Source: a virus (lineage: Duplodnaviria > Caudoviricetes). From it: DNA of 39,052 nt. Shown here in pieces: positions 34,644 to 39,052 of this stretch (position 1 is the stretch's first letter; each line of letters begins with the position of its first letter). The position numbers and the translations under genes were made by a program. The stretch lies in the IMG/VR virus record IMGVR_UViG_3300031787_000332, positions 1 through 39,052 of that record; one strand, written 5' to 3'. Under the pieces are notes generated by a model that ran no database searches, had not been told where the DNA came from, and saw only the letters and a program-made list of their open reading frames with translations.

Positions 34644-34652
34644 TATAAATAT
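34644..34652 (-). promoter_or_regulatory. ATATTTAT(A/T) late-promoter-like motif
   Basis: ATATTTATA upstream of the hairpin and fibre ATG. Confidence 0.6.
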
Positions 34653-34933
34653 CAACCAATGTCACTTCCTGATATAGGATTTGACCATTCTGGTGTAGAT
34701 AAAATGGCTAAAATCTCGTCATAAGTATATGGCCCTTCTTTGGTAGTTAGGTTGGCTACACAATCTGGCATAGTGCCATCCCACTTTACAAAGGTTTTTT
34801 GCTCGTCTACTGACTTACGGACAGTGTCAGCAGATGTTTCTAGTACTTGTGAAAAGTCAATTTGAGGTAGTTCTGATACATTAAAGATCATGAACTCTCT
34901 GTTTGGGTAGTCTTGTTGTATTTGTTCTTCCAT
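34652..34933 (-). CDS. Small acidic hypothetical protein (possible fibre accessory/chaperone)
   Basis: 93 aa; between the LamG triplet and the giant fibre. Confidence 0.75.
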   Translation of the reverse strand: MEEQIQQDYPNREFMIFNVSELPQIDFSQVLETSADTVRKSVDEQKTFVKWDGTMPDCVANLTTKEGPYTYDEILAILSTPEWSNPISGSDIG

Positions 34934-34936
34934 TGT

Positions 34937-35659
34937 TTATAAGTTAAAGCGTGATTTTTGTGCGTTGTAGTTTTGGAGAATTTCTGTTGCTGATAATGCT
35001 CGGTTGTAAATTTGAACGTTTGCTATGTTTCCATTTAAAAAAAGTACAGGTGTTCGTTCTGTTCCTATTAATAAATTAGATGTACTAGTTAAATTACTTG
35101 TGCTAACAGAGGCATTAGTTTGTGACGACTCTAATACTCCATTCACATAAGCAATTACTGTATTTGTACTTCTATTAACAGTAATTACAGTATTAAACCA
35201 CTGGCCTGTATTTAAAGTTGTTGTTCCAAGAAGACCGGTAAGAGGTCCTACAAAAACACCAGTTCCAGCTGCTAATTCACATGAAAGTTTGTTTGTGTAT
35301 AACAGCATTTGAAATCCTGTCATAGGATTTGTACTAGTAGCTTTACATACTAATCCAGTATAATTAGAAGCGGATGCTGTATATCTAACCCAGCAGGATA
35401 AAGTAACACTAACTGAGGTTCCTATATCTAATGTTGTTCCCACACTTGAAGAAACAAAATCATTAGTCCCATCAAACACAATACTTCCTCCATTAGCACT
35501 ACTAAACGTAGGTCCATTAGTTAATGTTCCACTAAGACCACTAGTGCTCAAATCCCTCCAAGTAGTACCTGACCCAGGATACGAATTCCTATCAGCAGCA
35601 TCTAGTGCTAATACTAGACCATTTGTTACTATTTGACCAAAAGAATATTGTACTGCCAT
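34937..35659 (-). CDS. LamG/concanavalin A-like lectin-domain virion protein, paralog 3
   Basis: 240 aa; GLVLALDAAD..SYPGSGTTW.DLS, FDGTND, Y-x-NG, G-x-I-x-x-x-x-IYNRALS..EI.QNY motifs. Confidence 0.85.
   Translation of the reverse strand: MAVQYSFGQIVTNGLVLALDAADRNSYPGSGTTWRDLSTSGLSGTLTNGPTFSSANGGSIVFDGTNDFVSSSVGTTLDIGTSVSVTLSCWVRYTASASNYTGLVCKATSTNPMTGFQMLLYTNKLSCELAAGTGVFVGPLTGLLGTTTLNTGQWFNTVITVNRSTNTVIAYVNGVLESSQTNASVSTSNLTSTSNLLIGTERTPVLFLNGNIANVQIYNRALSATEILQNYNAQKSRFNL
35550..35622. repeat. Direct repeat shared by the LamG paralog 5' ends (copy at 36301-36373)
   Basis: Manual alignment: 69 of 73 nt identical; a more diverged third copy near 36960-37035. Confidence 0.85.
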
Positions 35660-35663
35660 AACT

Positions 35664-36407
35664 TTATAGATTGAATCTGGTTTTAGTTGCGTTGTAATTT
35701 TGAAGGATTTCGGTTGCGCTGAGGGCGCGATTATAAATTTGAGTATTCGCTATACTACCAGAAAAATAAGATCCATTACCTGGACCTGGGGCTCCTATAG
35801 ATAGGGCCGTTGTATTTCCTACAAATGAGCCTGATCCTATAGTTGTTGTACTACTGTATGTGTTTCCTCCATTTATATAACATGATAGAAGCGTATTAAT
35901 TCCATCGTAATTTACTACGTATGTAAATTGATTCCAAGTGTTGTATAGGATAACGTTATTTGGAAAAATAAATTGAGGCGCGGTTGCTAAGTTACCACTG
36001 ACACTCATTCTAATGTTTGAAGTTTGAATTTGATTTGCGGCATTTCCGCCTGCACCTACGGTAATAGATATGCCGCTAGTATTGTATATATTTTTATTTA
36101 AAATTGAGTACAAAGTAAAAGCTACAGATATCGTAGGAATATTTACCCATGTTGAATATGTAAAATAACTTCCAGTTAAGTAGGTATTAGAATTAGCTAT
36201 AGAAACATTATTATTACTTCCGTTAAAAGCTAATATTCCGTTATTACTATTAGAATAGACAGGAGAATTGGCAATAGTACCACTATTATTATTTCCACTT
36301 AAATCCCTCCAAGTAGTACCTGACCCAGGATATGAATTCCTATCTGCGGCATCTAGTGCTAATACTAAACCATCTTGTATGATATCTGGTCCACCTGATA
36401 TTCCCAT
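35664..36407 (-). CDS. LamG/concanavalin A-like lectin-domain virion protein, paralog 2
   Basis: 247 aa; same conserved N- and C-terminal motifs, different centre. Confidence 0.85.
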   Translation of the reverse strand: MGISGGPDIIQDGLVLALDAADRNSYPGSGTTWRDLSGNNNSGTIANSPVYSNSNNGILAFNGSNNNVSIANSNTYLTGSYFTYSTWVNIPTISVAFTLYSILNKNIYNTSGISITVGAGGNAANQIQTSNIRMSVSGNLATAPQFIFPNNVILYNTWNQFTYVVNYDGINTLLSCYINGGNTYSSTTTIGSGSFVGNTTALSIGAPGPGNGSYFSGSIANTQIYNRALSATEILQNYNATKTRFNL

Positions 36408-36410
36408 TGG

Positions 36411-37061
36411 TTATAGGTTGAAGCGTGATTTTTGAGCATTATAGTTTTGAAGTAGTTCATCATTACTTAATCTTCTACTATACAAGTAAACAGCATATAC
36501 TCTTCCTTTATATAACCTACTGTTGAAAGTATGAGATATAGTTGATACTGATAAACCTTCACCTAAAGCACCAAGATAAAAGTCTTGGCTAAGTGTTCTT
36601 CCTCCAGGTACTATAAAATATCCTGATGCGTTGGTTGATAAATTAGATTCTCCATTTATCATGAACGATGATACGTAATTTAGTTGAAAGTCAGCACTAT
36701 TTGGAGCATTAGGTGCTACTGCTCTAAAAGTCCCGCCTTGCGTTCTTAAAGAATTATCTCCAGTAACTGAGGCACAAACTAAACCTGCTAATTCTACGAT
36801 AGTAGGATCGAATCTACCCCAAAAGCATATAGTCTGTACTGTAACAGCAGAAAATGTAGCATAGTCGTCTACACCATCAAATACAATACTTCCGCCATTT
36901 GCACTATTGAAAGTAGGTCCGTTAGTTAACGTTACATTTCTACCGTTCCCGCTCATATCATACCACGTAGTCCCGGATCCGGGGTAGCTATTCCTATCAG
37001 CAGCATTAAGTGCCAATACTAAACCATTTGTTACTATGGAACCACCGTTTGCAAATGCCAT
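36411..37061 (-). CDS. LamG/concanavalin A-like lectin-domain virion protein, paralog 1
   Basis: 216 aa; same terminal motifs; the most divergent centre. Confidence 0.8.
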   Translation of the reverse strand: MAFANGGSIVTNGLVLALNAADRNSYPGSGTTWYDMSGNGRNVTLTNGPTFNSANGGSIVFDGVDDYATFSAVTVQTICFWGRFDPTIVELAGLVCASVTGDNSLRTQGGTFRAVAPNAPNSADFQLNYVSSFMINGESNLSTNASGYFIVPGGRTLSQDFYLGALGEGLSVSTISHTFNSRLYKGRVYAVYLYSRRLSNDELLQNYNAQKSRFNL

Positions 37062-37062
37062 G

Positions 37063-37260
37063 TTACTCTTGTGTTGCTACTGGTGCTATTTGTTGTGCAC
37101 GATAAAGTCTTCCAGATGGATCTTGAGCTTGCAGTTCATCTGCTTTAGCCTGACATTCGGCTTCATTATCGTATTCATAAATTGGATCATTAGGGTTTAG
37201 ATGAGCTACCCAGATCTGATCGTTTCCTGGAATAAACTGCATTTGTACTTGCCAAATCAT
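37063..37260 (-). CDS. Small hypothetical protein (65 aa, MIWQVQMQF...)
   Basis: Start moved to the ATG at 37260, which removes the overlap with the upstream gene and follows the promoter motif. Confidence 0.7.
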   Translation of the reverse strand: MIWQVQMQFIPGNDQIWVAHLNPNDPIYEYDNEAECQAKADELQAQDPSGRLYRAQQIAPVATQE

Positions 37261-37274
37261 AGTTAATTGTTTTA

Positions 37275-37283
37275 TATAAATAT
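37275..37283 (-). promoter_or_regulatory. ATATTTAT(A/T) late-promoter-like motif
   Basis: ATATTTATA upstream of the ATG at 37260. Confidence 0.6.
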
Positions 37284-39052
37284 TTACATGAATGTACCGA
37301 TTGACTTGATTCTCCAACCACTTGTATTGGTCTGGACGTTGAAGAGAACGTCTGATCCTACCAAAGATACTGAACAAGTAACCGGCGTAGTTGAACCAAC
37401 GTCTAGAGTAGAGTTGTCTGTGAATTGAACGTTAGCACCGTTCCATACTGCTAACATTTCACCTGTTCTAGCATTGGCTCCATTAGATACAGTGTATTTA
37501 AAGAAGCCTGATGTATAAGACCCGGTAGCTTGAGTAAACAAGTTGTTAGAGCCTACAACTGATGAAGCTACACTAGCATAGTCAGTTAATGTTTGATCAA
37601 ATATTAGCTGATTCTGTATAGTGAAGTTCGTAGCAAAGCTAGAAGTAGCTGCGTAAGAAGCAGATGTTACTGATAACGAACTAGTAGTTTGATAGAATAG
37701 TTGACCTGTAGAAACATTGTAACCAACTACGTTTGTCTGGTTAGCATTAGACAAGCTAGGGAACCTGATAGAACCTGTAGCAGTTAAGTTAGATGAGAAG
37801 TTACCGTCTCCTGTTACGTCTAATCTATATGCTGGAGCTATATTATTAACACCTAAGTTACCGTCAGCAGTAATACGAACTCTGTCTAGATTGTTCGTTC
37901 TAAACTGCATAAATGCATTCTGACGATTTAAGAAATACACTTCTCCTGTGCTTTCTAAACCGATTTGAAAACCATTACTTGCTCCTGTTCCGCTATTAGT
38001 ATTGTTTAACGATATATAAGAGACAGTGTTTCCAAATACATTAAGTTGGTAATTATTAGCATTAGCGCCTATTACCATACTTCCAGAAACTTGAAGTGGA
38101 GCTACCGGTGTAGCAGTTCCTATTCCAACATTACCACCCAAGATCCAGTGATTTCCTGAACCACTTACTCTTAAGCTACCAGTAAATTGTTGTACATTTG
38201 ATGGTAAGTTACCAAAGATATTACTGCCTGATGAGAAAACAACACTAGATGTAACAGTTTGTACAACAAGCGTCTGAGCAGTTATAGTATTGTTAACTAG
38301 TAGATTAGATGCTGTTGCGTTTTGTCTAATTAAGAAATTATCAGCAGATGAAGCCGTTGCTGCAAAAGAAGCTGATACAGCGTTGAGTACAAAACTAGCT
38401 GTTGTAGCATTGAGTGCCCAACTAGAAGTACCAAATAGAGATCCTGTTATATTAGGAGCAGTTAATGATCCTGTTACTTGAACAGAACCTGTTAATAAGG
38501 TTGATCCTGATACTGTTAAGTTATTAGTAATTCTAGTACTACCAAAAACATCTAGTTTAAATCCAGCATCTGTTGTTCCATTATTAATAATAACATTACC
38601 CGTATTATCTTTTATAACTAATTGATCTTTTGAAGCTGTATGATTATAAAAATGAAAATCATTATCATTAGTTTCTCTTAATCCAACTCCCCATTTTGCT
38701 GTTGGAGAAGCTAAGCTACCGTTTGCAAATTCAAACGTTGCAAAATTTGTAGTTGCTGTTCTTATGTATCTAAATACTGCATTTCCAGTAGCATTTGGTT
38801 GAACAATAATACCTAAATTATTATTTGGATTTGCAGTAACTAATAATGTATTTTGAAGTCTTGCTGCATAATTAGTTACTCCAGTAAAAGCACCATTAGC
38901 AAAAGTAGGGTTTATATCCAGTCCTACTAAAGTATCATTATTAGCAGCAGCAGTTAAAGTAGGAGTTAGATTAGTACCTCTAGCAATAGCACCAGCCGCA
39001 GTAACACTATTATTAACTAGGAGTTGAGATGTAGGCGTAAAAGCAAATGTAG
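37284..39052 (-). CDS. Large fibre/structural protein, 3' part only (start lies beyond the window)
   Basis: Manual translation shows the frame of the tracked 285-aa ORF stays open to the window end (TFAFTPTSQLLVNN...); GNVGIGT..P...L.V.G fibre repeats; many TGS/SGS/TAS/SAS motifs. Confidence 0.85.
   Translation of the reverse strand, partial: TFAFTPTSQLLVNNSVTAAGAIARGTNLTPTLTAAANNDTLVGLDINPTFANGAFTGVTNYAARLQNTLLVTANPNNNLGIIVQPNATGNAVFRYIRTATTNFATFEFANGSLASPTAKWGVGLRETNDNDFHFYNHTASKDQLVIKDNTGNVIINNGTTDAGFKLDVFGSTRITNNLTVSGSTLLTGSVQVTGSLTAPNITGSLFGTSSWALNATTASFVLNAVSASFAATASSADNFLIRQNATASNLLVNNTITAQTLVVQTVTSSVVFSSGSNIFGNLPSNVQQFTGSLRVSGSGNHWILGGNVGIGTATPVAPLQVSGSMVIGANANNYQLNVFGNTVSYISLNNTNSGTGASNGFQIGLESTGEVYFLNRQNAFMQFRTNNLDRVRITADGNLGVNNIAPAYRLDVTGDGNFSSNLTATGSIRFPSLSNANQTNVVGYNVSTGQLFYQTTSSLSVTSASYAATSSFATNFTIQNQLIFDQTLTDYASVASSVVGSNNLFTQATGSYTSGFFKYTVSNGANARTGEMLAVWNGANVQFTDNSTLDVGSTTPVTCSVSLVGSDVLFNVQTNTSGWRIKSIGTFM

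Noticed and set aside
34937-37061. Diversity-generating retroelement or invertible shufflon at the LamG triplet
   Set aside because: No reverse transcriptase or invertase in the window; all copies are intact and in the same orientation; the four mismatches in the shared block are synonymous, as expected for ordinary paralogs.
37261-37377. N-terminal extension of tracked ORF 37063-37377 (similarly 22833-22865 and 19634-19660)
   Set aside because: The extensions overlap upstream genes or contain the promoter motif; downstream ATGs fit better.
1-39052. Stop-codon reassignment as in some large phages
   Set aside because: Genes are full length and densely packed in the standard code; TAA, TAG and TGA all end genes.
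1-39052. tRNA or rRNA genes
   Set aside because: Intergenic gaps are short (at most about 110 nt), AT-rich and taken up by promoter/terminator elements; no cloverleaf seen.

Overview
39 kb of a large, AT-rich, T4-like/jumbo-type myovirus (contractile-tailed phage) genome. All real genes are on the minus strand and the standard code is used. Few Shine-Dalgarno sites are visible and GTTATG start contexts are common, which suggests a Bacteroidota-like host (inference). In transcription order (right to left): (1) a partial fibre/structural gene, three tandem LamG/ConA-like paralogs, and a 3107-aa Cys-rich 14-aa-repeat fibre with a C-terminal peptidase S74 chaperone; (2) a modification cluster of four glycosyltransferases, a sulfotransferase, APS kinase (CysC), a small HIGH-family nucleotidyltransferase and a DUF2061-like membrane protein; (3) the tail module: sheath, tube, free-standing HNH endonuclease, chaperone pair, tape measure, tube initiator, LysM wedge protein and hub/lytic transglycosylase; (4) replication genes: a short divergent PolA, gp32-like SSB, RecA/UvsX and the start of a 5'-3' exonuclease that the ORF track missed. 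Main leads: a possible self-contained PAPS-synthesis/sulfo-glycosylation system for decorating the virion, with a candidate [S/T]-G-S sequon in structural proteins; a +1 (or -2) frameshift site with a downstream hairpin in the tail chaperone pair; a hairpin holding a late-promoter-like motif and occluding the HNH start; a PolA with His at the steric gate; and a recurring ATATTTAT(A/T) promoter motif. All family calls come from motif recognition by eye; no searches were run.
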